Shown piece after piece: positions 1 through 11,654 of a DNA stretch of 64,000 bases; within the stretch, counting starts at the first letter, position 1, and each line of letters starts with the position of its first letter. Under the pieces are notes generated by a model. That model searched no databases. It saw only the letters and a list, made by a program, of their open reading frames with translations, and was not told the origin of the DNA. Source of the stretch: Mobula hypostoma (Eukaryota); the NCBI RefSeq assembly GCF_963921235.1, contig NC_086097.1:236594001-236658000 (forward strand), in the 5' to 3' direction. Made by a program: the position numbers and the translations under genes.

Positions 1-115
1 CTGTATTCACTGAAATTTAGAAGAACGAGGGGTGACCTAATTGAAACCTATCGAATGGGGACAGACCTTGATAGAGTGGACGTGGAAATGATGTTTCCTA
101 AGATGATGAGAGATC
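1..115 (+). mobile_element. CR1 LINE ORF2 3' fragment, cut by window edge
   Basis: Reads LYSLKFRRTRGDLIETYR..DLDRVDVEMMFP, matching the C-terminal end of the CR1 ORF2 at 12760-14850. Confidence 0.8.
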
Positions 116-485
116 TAGTAGAAAACATTGTAAGTATTAGGAAGTTTTAGCGATTGTTAGGAATGACAAGGAGAATGACAGGGGTGACTGAAAGAGCAAC
201 TAGAAATCATTCCCCAGTCTTCAATTTCCATGATGGATTACTTGTACGTCTGCACTCATTGGTATGTTCTTTTTGTTTATACAAATTGTTCCTGTGTTTT
301 AAAATCTTTTATAAGTCCTCTGTAATTCAGAAGTCTTCTATAAATTCAGAATCTTCTGTGAGCGTTAAAAGTGTGTTAAGAACTATTTGTCTAAATATAA
401 ATGTATCATTAAAAATAAAATAAACCTTTTTTAAACTACTTTGTTATCTGGAAGTATCTTCTTGCTTGTAAGAGGGAACCCATCA

Positions 486-769
486 CTAAAATTGTGGGTT
501 TTGGCAGCTACACCTCTCCACAGAGACTAGACTGGGAAGCAAGATGGACCTTGAAAAGTATGTAATGCAGGTACAATATAATTGCTCTGTAGTAAGGGTA
601 GCTGTGGATACAGTACCTATATTGGATAGGGGTTAAAATCTTCTTTTGAGTTTGGAACCTTACAGGTAGGGAACCCAATTTTACTTTTCTCCCTGCACTG
701 CACTTTCTCTGTAGCTGTTGCAATTCTTCTGCAATCTGCCATTGTTTTGCCTTGCAGCACCTCAATGCA
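486..769 (-). other. Candidate pair of host exons (617-769 and 486-549), product unidentified
   Basis: Non-repetitive sequence. Acceptor tgcctactgttcag, 153-nt open symmetric exon, donor AG|gtactg, 67-nt intron, acceptor tacttttcaag, then a frame ending SVERCSCQNPQF*. No homology recognised. Confidence 0.25.
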
Positions 770-1832
770 CTGAACAGTAGGCAAGACAGCTTTTCCATAA
801 ACTTTATTCATTGTATACAATTATAAAGAATAAAGAATGAGATAAAAAAATAATGTTATAGATTGAAGTGCAGATATGGAATAAAAATGCATGAATGCAT
901 AAACACCATCAAGTATTTCCAATGCATTAGAAGTGTTTACAGTGCAGTGCAGCGACGGGATTAATAGGTAGACGCTGGTGGAGGAACTAACTAGAATAGT
1001 TGATGAGATTAACTGCCTGGGGAAAGAAATTTTTAAGATGGTGTGAAACGTTGCTGATACAAGAAAAATCTAACAGGAAGACATTTCCCTTTGTGTTCCG
1101 CCCTCTGCAATAGTTGATATTCATTTGGAGCAGATACTTGGAATTGGACTTGGAATTAGTAAGCAAGTTAGGAGCTGAATGCCTTCAAAACCGCAGAGGT
1201 GCATATCGATCTCACGAGAAATGTGTCTCCGCTCCACCCAAACATCATCAACAGCTCCGCAGTTAACTCTGCTTCGGCACTCAGCTTCCTGAGCATCGTT
1301 ATTTCACAGGATCTCGTGTGGGAGAATCACATCTCCTTCATTAACAAAAAGACTTGGCAACACACATTTTCGAGGTGTGTGATAAGGTCCATGCAACACC
1401 GTTGCTTGTGCTGCAAAAGTTGTTCCCATGACACACACACAGAGGCAACTATTACTCGCTCAGTAATAACACAGCATTAGACCTATCTAAAATTCATCAG
1501 TCTTCCAGAGGAAAGTGTTGACCGCGATGGAGCTCTGCAAACTAGTATACTCTCCATAAAGTCCATTGGACCATTTGAGAGGAATAATAATTCAGCCATG
1601 ATTGAATAGCACAGTAGACTCAATGAACCATATGACGCTATTCTGTTCTTATGCCTTATGGTGTTTTATGACCACAAGACCATAAGATATAGGAGGAGAA
1701 GAAGGCCATTTGGCCTAACAAGTCTGTTCCACCATTTTCATCATGGCTGATCCATTTTCCTTCTCAATTCCAATCTCTTGCCTTTTCCCCACATCTCTTC
1801 ATGCCCTGACTAATCAATAATCTATCAACCTC

Positions 1833-2253
1833 CCCCTCGTACCCCATCCATTATTTATTTTTATACACACATTCTTTCTCTCACTCTCCTTCTTCTCCCT
1901 CTGTCCCTCTGACTATACCCCTTGCCCATCCTCTGGGTTTCCCCCCCACTTGTCTTTCTCCCTGGGCCTCCGGTCCCATGATCCTCTCATATCCCCTCTG
2001 CCAATCACCTGTCCAGCTCTTGGCTCCATCCCTCCCCCTCCTGTCTTCTCCTATCATTTTGGATCTCCCCCTCCCCCTCCCACTTTCAAATCTCTTACTA
2101 GCTCTTCCTTCAGTTAGTCCTGACGAAGGGTCTCGGCCTGAAACGTCGACTGTACCTCTTCCTAGAGATGCTGCCTGGCCTGCTGCGTTCACCAGCAACT
2201 TTGATGTGTGTTGCTTGAATTTCCAGCATCTGCAGAATTCCTGTTGTTTGCGT
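1833..2253 (+). mobile_element. Penelope-like element 3' terminal repeat (pLTR), 5'-truncated
   Basis: Near-identical to the sequence following the GIY-YIG ORFs at about 35400-35800 and 48730-49155. 13-bp TSD atctatcaacctc at 1820-1832 and 2254-2266. Confidence 0.9.
2115..2152 (+). ncRNA. Minimal type-I hammerhead ribozyme motif
   Basis: TAGTC-CTGACGA-AGGgtctcggCCT-GAAA-CGTC^GACTG. Intact CUGANGA and GAAA core, stem I TAGTC/GACTG, stem II AGG/CCT, palindromic ACGT in place of stem III, predicted GUC cleavage after 2147. Confidence 0.85.
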
Positions 2254-4069
2254 ATCTATCAACCTCTGCCCGAAATGTACGCAATGACTTGACCTCCACC
2301 GACACCTGTGGTAATGAATTCCAGATTCACTGCTCTCTGGCTAAAGAAATTCCTCCTCATCTTTGTTCTAAAAGGATGTCCTTGTATGCTGAGGCCATAT
2401 CCTCTGGTCTTTAACTTCCCCGCTATCGCAATTTCCTCTCCATGTCCACTGTAAACTGGCCTTTCAATATTCAGTGGGCTTCAATGAAATCCCACCCCAT
2501 TCTTCTAAACTCTAGGCCCAGAATCATCAAACAGTCCTCATATGTTAACCCTTTAAGGGTAGGAATAAATTGTGAGCAATAGGCTAAAACTGGACAAAGC
2601 TGTTTCAAAAGCTGAATGGAGAGGAGCCATAGTTCAAGCTCTCATCTATTGTGGATAGAAAGGTTGTGGCTTGCATTAAGAAATCAAGAACAACTTGCTC
2701 ATGCATAGTGCAGTACAATGCAACTGTCTGAAGGCAAGCCCCAACCTAGGGTACCTGAAACTTTTGCACAGTACTGTATTTGTCAACAGGGAGTACAGAA
2801 TGAGTTTGTAAATCAGGCAGGAGCAAAGGATGTTGGGAACGGTGAGGGTGGAGCGCCGCGGGAGGGGCGTGGGACAGGTTGCAGAGCAGGGGTAGCGGGG
2901 GCGGGGTATAGCTTGGATGCAGACGCACCCAGCCTTGAGACACCAGGCAAGGTCATTTGATTCCAAACAATCAGTTCATTAATCATTACAGTACGTCTCT
3001 CTGGTGTGTCCGCTCCTTCCTCTCTTTTCCCAACCTTGGTCCCCCTCTCCCAGCCTCCTACCCACTCTCAACCACAATGGAGAGCCATATCAGAATCAGG
3101 TTTATCATTGCTCACATGTCATGAAATATGTTTTTTTGTGGCAGTGGTACAATGCAATACATAAAATTATTACAGTACAGTACATATACCCCAGCTATGT
3201 ATATGTGCCTAAGACTTTTGCACTGTACTAGATATGAAGGATAAGTAATGTGCTGATATTAAGCAAATGGTCTCTTATGAAAATATTGATTGAAAGTTCT
3301 GCTTTGTATGCATTTAAAATTCTAATATATAAAGCATTTTTAAAAATTAAAATGGAAACCCATAGCTGGACGCTGAAATCACATGAACAAGGTCACAACA
3401 GCAATTCTGTGCGATTCCTGCAAAAGGTTGGGTGGACGCAATTTAAAGTTGCATTGCAATTCCAGCATGCACTTTAACTCCAGTACCACCTCCCCACCTC
3501 ACCTGACTTCTCTTACTCAAGAACCTGTGGAGGTCAAGAGGTCCCTTGCTGGGAGAGTGAAAACCCCAGACATCCGATGATTGGTGTCCAGCCTGCTACC
3601 GGCATGCACACTGGTTCCATGATCAGGAAAGGGGGCCATTAGCCATAATTGTATGGAAGCACTGAGAATACAACTGCAGGAATTGCTGATCTATTTACTT
3701 GTACCGCTTTTTGCAAAGCACAATAGTTTGTAATCATGTCTGTGTTACTGCTACCTACATTTCAAAGAAACCAGGGAATTCTTTATTGAACAGCTATAAC
3801 CTGCAGACAGCAACATACATATTTAAGTTAAAGTTATACAAAACAGAATTATACAGTAATTGAAACAAAGAACTTGCAAAATAAACGTGGGCAATGGAAT
3901 TTTAAAACTTTTCAAAGCATCTTCCTACATATAGATTACATTTGTGAACAGAAGTAATTTCTATGCAGAGGCGTAATCAAAATGAAAACATCTTCTTCCC
4001 AAGGTTGTTGAATAAGAAAATTTACAAAGATGTTGCTGGGTCTTATATGGAACAAGGATGTGGGTAAAT

Positions 4070-4695
4070 ACAAGAAAGTCTGCAAATGCTGAAAGTCCAG
4101 AGCAAAACACACAAAATGCAGGGGGAGCTCAGCAGGTCAGACAGCATCTGTGGAAATGAATAGATAGTTGAAGTTTCAGTCTGAGACCCTTCTTCAAGAT
4201 TCAGAAGGAAGGGGGAAGATGCAAGAATAAAAAGGTGAAGGGAGGGGAAAGAGGCTAGCTTGCCAAGTGACAGGTGAAGCCAGGTGGGTGGGTCAGGGGC
4301 TGGAGGAGAAAGAATCTCATAGGAGAGGAGAGCAGACCATTGGAGAAAAATAAGGAGAAGACAGACCCAGTGGGAAGTCATAGGCAGTTGACAAGAGATA
4401 AAAGGTCAGAGTGGAGAATAAAGGAATGGGAGGAGGGGGTGGTGGAAATTGTTTATCAAAAGAATAAATCAATATTCATGCCATCAGATTCAATGATACC
4501 CAAATGGAATATAAGATGTTGCTCCTCCACCCTAAGAGTGGCCTCGTCCTGGAATAAGAGGAGGTCATGGACCGACTTCTCAGAACAGAAAAGAGAATAG
4601 GAATGCAAACCAGGAAGTCCCATTTGTGGCAGACAGTTCAGAGGTGCTCGAAGAAGCCGTCCCCCAATTTACGATGGGTCTCACCAATGTAGAAC
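4070..4695 (-). mobile_element. Decayed Penelope-like element (GIY-YIG end plus pLTR)
   Basis: The minus strand resembles YIGET..LGD.F.EHL ... LRVEEQHLIFHLG, followed by a pLTR with a decayed hammerhead core at about 4165-4200. Confidence 0.8.
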
Positions 4696-4849
4696 AGGGC
4701 ATAGATTCAAGGTAAAAAGTGACAGATTTAATAACAAACATACGGCAACATTTTCATCCAGTGGGTAGTCAGTATACACAGTGAGTGCCAGAGGAAGTGG
4801 TTGAGACACTTACATTGGGTATATTTAAAGTTGAGGCTGATAGATTCTT

Positions 4850-5925
4850 AAGGTCATAGAGTCATAGAGAAGCACAACACAGAAACAGGCCCTTAGCCCC
4901 ATCAATTCCATGCCGAAACCATTTAATCTGCCTACTACCTGCACCGAGACCATAACCCTCCTATCCATATGCCTACTATCCATATACCTATCCAAACTTC
5001 TCTTAAACATTGAAATCAAGCTCACATGCAGCAACCACTTGTGCTGGCGGCTCATTCCACACTCTCACGACCCTCTGAGTGAAGAAATTTCCTCTCATGC
5101 TCTCCTTAAACTTCTCAGCTTTCACTCTTAACCTATGACCTCTGGTTGTAGTCCCACCCAACTCAGTGGAAAAAGTCTGCTTGGATTTACCCTATCATAA
5201 TTTTGTATACCTCTATCAAATCTCCTCTCAATCTTCTATGTTTTAAAAAAATACAATTCTAATCTATTAAATCTTTCTTTATAACCAAGATCCTTCAGAC
5301 CCAGCAAGATCTTTGTAAAATTTCTCTGTATTCTTCCAACTTTATACCTTTCCTGTAGGTAGGTGACCAAAACTGTATAGAATTCTCCAAATTAGGCCTC
5401 ACCAATGTGTTATACAACTTCAATATAGCATCCCATTTCCTGTATTCAGTACATTGATTTATGAAAGCTCATGTGCCAAAAGATTTCTTTACAACCCTGT
5501 CTATCTGTGACACCACTTTCCTCGAATTATGGACCTGTCCCAGATCTCTTTGTTCTACCACACTCCTCAGTGCCCTACTGTTCACTGTGTAAGACCTACC
5601 CCTAGTTGGTCCTACTGAAGTGCAAAACCTTGCACTTGTCTGTATTAAATTCCACCTGCCATTTTTCAGCCCATTTTTCCAGCTAATGCAGATCCCTCTG
5701 CAAGCCATGATAGCCTTCCTCACTGTTCGCTCCACCCCCAGTATTGCTGTCATCTGTAAATTTGTTGATATAGTTAACCATAGTTTCATCCAGATCATTG
5801 ATATGGATGACAAACAGCAAAGGACCAACACCATTCCCTGTGGCACACCACCAGTCACAGTCCTCCGGTCAGAGGGCAACCCTCTACTACCACCCTCTAG
5901 CTTCTCCCACAAAGCCAATGTCTTT
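4850..5925 (-). mobile_element. CR1 LINE RT and 3' end, decayed
   Basis: VTGGVPQG RT motif in ORF 5469-5918, frameshifted RT C-terminus, and a (catagagt)-type tail at about 4853-4870. Confidence 0.85.
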
Positions 5926-6527
5926 ACATCTCCTGTTTTCTCTAAACCACGGCCTCAATACCTCTTGAAAACCAAAGTTCCTGGCACTTGTTATCGTTAC
6001 CTTTTATTCTAACAGACATATATAAGCTTTGCACTCTCAAAAAAAAATTTTGACGGCCTCCCACTTATCAAGAAGAGCTTTGCCTGAAAAGGTGATGGAG
6101 AAATATCTTGATTATTAAGGGTGCCAAAGGATGCTGGGAGAAGACAAGGGAGTGGGGTTCAGGTGGATAATAAGTCAGTCTTAATTGTATGGCAGACTTG
6201 ATGTGCCAAATAGTCTAATTCTTCTCCATGTCTTATGGTCATATGGTACATTGACAACAATTTAAAAAAACTTGGACAGGTACATGCATAGGAAAGGTTT
6301 ACAGGGATATAGACCAAACATGACTAAATGGGACTATCTTAGATATCTTAGGTGTCTTAGCTGGCATGGTCTAGGATCGTCAAAGTTCCTGTTTCCTTGT
6401 TGTATGGATCTAGGACTCTATACCTAGGAAAGAACGCTGGACATTAAAGAAAGTATAAGATTTACATTTTATAAACAAGAAATCCTACAGATGCTGGAAA
6501 TCCAAAGCAACAAACACAAAATGCTGG

Positions 6528-6800
6528 AGCCATGGTGACATAGTAGTTAGCACAATGCTTTCCAAGTCAGGTGACACAGGTTCAATTTCTGCCACTGCCT
6601 GTAAAGAATTTGTACATTCTCCCCATAACTGCGTGGGTTCCTCCAGGTGCTCTGGTTTCCTCCCACAGTCTAAAGGCATATAGATTGCTAGGTTAATTGG
6701 TGATTCCCATGATTAGGCTAGGATTAAGTGGGAGGATTTCTGAGTGGCATGACTTGAAAGGTTGGAAGGGCCTATATTGCACTGTACCTCAATTTAAAAA
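6528..6800 (+). mobile_element. tRNA-derived HE1/V-type SINE inserted in a Penelope tip (6470-6875, minus strand)
   Basis: Degenerate A and B boxes, then the V-domain gcgtgggttcctccaggtgctctggtttcctcccacag. The flanks join into a Penelope terminal repeat. Confidence 0.75.
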
Positions 6801-7579
6801 AATCAGCAGTCAGGCAGCATCTAAGGAAATAAGTAAACAGATGGTGTTTCAGGCTGAAACCCTTCTTCAGGACCAGAAGGGTTTTGGCTTGGTTCTCATT
6901 CTCATTTCTCATTTCAGTCTTATTTTACTCAGTGCTTAGTGCAACTAACATTTTTCCCAATAACTAAGATTAATTAAAAAGATAGACGTCAAGCCGTGCC
7001 TGTTCAAGTTAAATCAAGTAAACAGCTGTTCGTCATACAAAATGAAATCGCTGTGGGTTCCAGAAATCAGAAAAGAAAATAGAAAGAGCTGGAAATACTT
7101 AATTGGTCAGATGGCATCCGTGGAGAGAGAGAAACAGAGTTGATGAGTTAAATCACACTTACAGCTGCCCAGCAAATGTGTAGAGAATACACATCATTCA
7201 ATTTGAAACTCCACATCCTTGCTTCAACCATCTGTTGTATCCCTGGACACATTATTCAATCTAGAACATTTCTAAAGTAACGAGCAGAGAGACTAATTAC
7301 ATTTGTATTTGATCCCTCAGTTTATGGATGTCACATCTGACTATTAACACAGTAAATAAAGATAAGTGATCTGTTTGCTTTTATTTATATTTTAATCAAT
7401 ATCAATATACTAATCAGATAAATTAATCTAATTTCTAAGTGAACTGATTGTTTCTATTTTTTAAAATTGTCATTTAATTAATTATTTAAATGTGCAACTA
7501 TTTCGAAACCAGAGACGTTTGAAGACATTGACAATACTTCATCAGGACAAGACATCAGAAGCCACTGTTGGTTGTTAGT

Positions 7580-7915
7580 GGGGAGGAAATCTGTTTGTGG
7601 AGCAGTCTAGGACCAGAGGACAGAGCCTCGGAATAGAAGGACATCACTTTAGAACAATGAGAAATCTCCTAAGCCAGAGGGTGTTGAATCTGTGGAATTT
7701 ATTGCCACGAACAGTTGTAATAGGCCAAGTCATTGGGTATATTTAAAACAGAGGTTGATAGGTTCTTGATTAGTAAAGGTATCAAAGGTTACAGAGAGAA
7801 AGCAGAAGAATGGGGTTAAGGGAGACAATAAAACAGACATGATGGAAATGGCAGAGCAGACTCGATGAGCTAAATGGCCTGATTCTGCTTTTGTGTTTTA
7901 TGGTCTTGTGGTCCT
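7580..7915 (+). mobile_element. CR1 3' fragment
   Basis: tctaggaccagaggacagagcctc...gaatctgtggaatt...atggtctt tail, as in other CR1 copies. Confidence 0.75.
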
Positions 7916-8469
7916 TGATTGCCAATTGCAGTAGATTTTGAATGGCAGAGATGCTGGGGGTTGTGACCATTGAGTTGGGGGTGTGGGGCAAGGGAAAGTG
8001 CTTGGTGGTCACCAGGAGCCACACAGCTACAGAAAGTGGAGTGAGCGCCCAGCACAGTATCAGAGTTGTGGTACAAGCACTGATCAATAAGATGTGGCCC
8101 ACAGCTTCAGCTTAAAGACCTTTCATCAGAGCTTGGCAAAGTTGGAGATAAAGACATTAAGGATGCAGCCAAACCAGAGAACAGGAGGTTCATGATAGGG
8201 TGGAGGCCAGAAGTGCTGAAATGACCAGAGCAATGGGAAAGAGGATAATAAAGGGCACAATAAAGACATATAAAGGTGACATAGAAGATATGTAAGAGAG
8301 AAATTAATTAATGGTAAATAAAGTTCAAAGTTCACTTTATTATCAAAGTACGTATACTTTATACAACTTTGACATTTTTCACCTTACCACAGCCACAAAA
8401 CAAAGAACTCCAATAGAACCCATTAAAGGCAAAAGATGTCTGTCAAACACCCAGGGTGCAGAGGGTGGG

Positions 8470-8865
8470 AGAATGAGGGTGTAACCTCATTGAAACCTAT
8501 TGAATGTTGAAAAACCTTGATAGATTGAATGTGGAGAGGATGTTTCCTATCCTGTGGGAATCTAACAAGAGGACAGAGCCTCAGAAAAGAGAGGTGTCCT
8601 TTTAGAATGGAGGTGAAGAGGATTTTCTTCAGCCAGAAACTGTTGAATCTGTGGAACTCATTGCCTTAGGCATCTGTGGAAGCCAAGTCATTGGGTATAT
8701 TCAAGGTAGAGGTTGATAGATTCTTGATTATTCAAGGCATGAAGGGATACAGGGAGAAGGCAGGAGATTGGAGCTGAGAGGGAAAATGGATCAGCCATGA
8801 TGAAATACTGGAGCAGACTGGCTGGGCTAAATGACCTAATTCTACTCTTATATCTTATGGTCTTC
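8470..8865 (+). mobile_element. CR1 3' fragment
   Basis: Decayed RMRGDLIETY..LDRVDVERMFP..RNFFSQR coding end plus tcttatggtctt tail. Confidence 0.8.
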
Positions 8866-9265
8866 TGGCCCTACTTGGCTTCACTTATCACCTTCTAGCT
8901 AGCCTCCTTCTCCCTTTCCCCACATTTTTATTCTTTTTCAGTCCTGAAGGAGGACCTCAGCCTGAAATGTGGACTGTTTATTCATTGCCGGACCTGCTGA
9001 GTTCCTCCAGCATTTTGTACATGTCAAATCATAAACCAGAGAACATCTGCAGATACTGGCAATCCAAGCGACATACACAAGATGCTGGACGAACTCAGCA
9101 GGCCAGGCAGCTTCTATGTGTGTTGCCTGGCCTGCTGCGTTCACCAGCAACTTTTATGTGCCTAGCTTCTATGGAAAAGAGTTTTGGGTCGAGACCTTTT
9201 GTCAGGACTCTTGAGATTTTGTGTATCTGCCACTTTGGATTTCCAACATCTGCAGATTTTCTCAT
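8866..9265. mobile_element. Cluster of short Penelope pLTR tips in both orientations
   Basis: Decayed hammerhead cores at about 8940-8975 (+) and 9180-9210 (-). A 45-bp insert is flanked by agcttctatg at 9109-9118 and 9164-9173. Confidence 0.7.
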
Positions 9266-9734
9266 ATTTACAATGTTCTAAAAGGCCTATGACCCCTAAA
9301 ATTAGACCCATTGCATGATTTATTTGATTATGCTTGTTAAGCATACAGGTACGGTGTGTCAAACAGCAAACACAGATACTTCACAGCAATAATTCTGCAA
9401 CCTTTAATGTTGTGCCAATGGATATCAACATTCCTTGTATTCATTTATTGCCTGTCCTTGATCACCTTTGAGAAGATTGCAGTGAGCTGACTTTTTGAAC
9501 TGTTACTGTCAACCCAAACATGTATCCAAAAGTGATGAAGGACTGGTGATCCGTTACCAATCAGATGGAGGTACAACATGGAGAGAAACCTACAGGCGGT
9601 GCAGGCTCCCATGGGTCTGCTGATCTTCTCTTGTTTATTTGAAGGTGCTGGTCGCTCATTTGGACCAAGATGTCGGAGTAGCCCAAGTGAGTAGCTCTGA
9701 CACAACAAGTCATGCGGATAAAGAAAATCTGGGC

Positions 9735-9915
9735 AACAAAATGCTGGAGAAACTCAGCAGATCAGATGTCATCTACGGACGGAAATAAACAGTAGGCATT
9801 TCAGGCTGAGACCATTCATCCGGACTTTATCAGAGGAAGGGTCTTAGTCTGTAAGGTCAACTGTTTATTTCCCTCTATTGATGCTGCCTGACTTGCTGAG
9901 TTCCTCCAGCATTTG
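9735..9915. repeat. Imperfect palindrome made of two head-to-head Penelope pLTR tips
   Basis: aaatgctggagaaactcagca...catccggact mirrored by ...gaagggtcttagtct...tgctgagttcctccagcattt. Confidence 0.7.
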
Positions 9916-10289
9916 CTCCTGTTGTATTATTCAGGTGGGTAACTGTAGTATATACTGTAGAAGGAATTATGAATCTCACATATAACCAGGTTTGAAATTG
10001 TCAGTAAACACAAAATGTCAGAAGAATTGTATGGACGAATTAGTATTTTTGGAGATAAAGGAGTGGTCAACATTTCAGATTAGGATCCTGCAATGAAACT
10101 TATCCTCCATTGGGAATGTTAAATTATTACATACAAGTGTAGGTAAAATTTACGTATACATACAGAATATATTTGATTACGGGAACATTTATGCACACAT
10201 GCACATAAGATTGACCTGATACATGGTCTCATTCTGGAATTTCGACCATGCTTTTTCTTCCATGAATGCTGCCTGACCTACTGAGAAAA

Positions 10290-10660
10290 CCATAAGACCA
10301 TCAGATACTAGAGCAGAATTGGGCCTCTCAGTCCATTGTGCCTGTTCGCCATTCCATTATGACTAATTTATTATCCCTATCAACCCTATTCTCCTGCCTT
10401 CTCCCCTTACTAATCAAGATCCTATAAAGCTCCACTTTAAATAGATCCAATGATGCCCTCCTGTATCCATCTGTGGCAATGAATTCCACAGACTCACCAT
10501 TCTCCAGCTAAAGAAATTCTTCCTCATCTCTACTCTGTAAGGACATCCTTCTAATCTGAGTCCCTGCCCTCTGGTCTTCAACTCCTCCACTACAGGGAAA
10601 ATTCTCTCCATGTCTACCCTGGGCCTCTCAATACTCAATAGGTTTCTGTAAGATGCCCCC
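10290..10660 (-). mobile_element. CR1 3' fragment
   Basis: ORF 10414-10725 contains RVDMERIFPVVEELKTRGQGLRLEG..RKNFFSWRMVSLWNSLP; accataag tail. Confidence 0.8.
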
Positions 10661-11654
10661 TCTACTAGATCGTTTCTTGCTCTGAGTTCTAGCATTGGTA
10701 GTCCCTTGTGCAATTCACAAAGCACTGGAGGAACTCAATGGGCCAGACAGCATCTATAGAGGGAGACGTACAGTTGACATTTTGGAGCAAGACCCTTCAC
10801 TAGGACCCTCCATTCATTTTTGTCCCCCTTGAAATTGTAACATATATGTTACCACATACAACAGAGAAGAAAGTAATTCTTTGTTTGCCATAATAGGTAC
10901 ATGCATAGGAGGTGTATGGGCGTCAATGGCCCAGGTGTAAGTCGGTGGGACAAGAAGGAATAACAGTTCAGCACAAACTAGGTAGACTGAAGGGCCTGTT
11001 GCTGTGTTGTAGTGCTGTATGTGTCATCTTGTGCAATTCTACCAGATTGCCTCTCAGCATCCCCTGCTCTCAGGGAAACAGACCCACCCTATCGAGTGAC
11101 TTTATGACTCAATGATAAAACTGAATTCTTTCAAGACAATATAACTGTCAAACACCATTGTTAATATCATAAAATTATTTTCTGAGGACAACAACTCAAT
11201 GAGGTATAGCTGCAAAATGCCCTGGAAATGCACTCAGTCAAGTGATGATACCTTTTCTGAATAGTGGAAGAATCTCCAAGTGTAGGTCAAGTATATATCA
11301 TGAATGCCTGCATCTTGAGTACGCCTGTGTGCACCTATCTAGAGTTGTGCTGTCAGTATGTCTGATGCCAACTTCAACTAGCTGCAGAGAGACAAGCACA
11401 AAGACTGATGCCCTAGTGCTGCTCTGGGGGAGTACTCCATTGTTAATCAGCTGCGTTTCAATAGACTATTACACTGAATCTCTTTTTGCTCAAAGGACCC
11501 ATGAACTTACTTAACTAAACAGCAGAGGAATTGTCCCTGGCACTCTGTCTGTAACAATTCACTATCAAAACCTTCTTTTTATAAAAAAACAAAATATTCG
11601 AACATCAGCGAATTACATTTTGAGGAGCTGGTTTGGGGCAAATTAAATTTCCAC

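Larger units (their letters stand above)
1665..2525 (-). mobile_element. CR1 3' end, split by a Penelope terminal-repeat insertion
   Basis: (accataag)n tail at about 1670-1690 and a 3' region similar to 12530-13000; sequence resumes after 2266. Confidence 0.8.

Noticed and set aside
1881..2292. Recurrent ORFs MLVNAAGQAASLGRG and MILSYPLCQSP as a gene family
   Set aside because: They are incidental translations of the Penelope terminal repeat.
2745..3230. GC-rich patch as a CpG-island promoter
   Set aside because: Short and flanked by repeated Tc1-like end motifs (cttttgcac.gtact); more likely an unclassified repeat.
11250..11385. Minus-strand exon after tgtctctctgcag
   Set aside because: All three frames hit stops before a convincing donor site.
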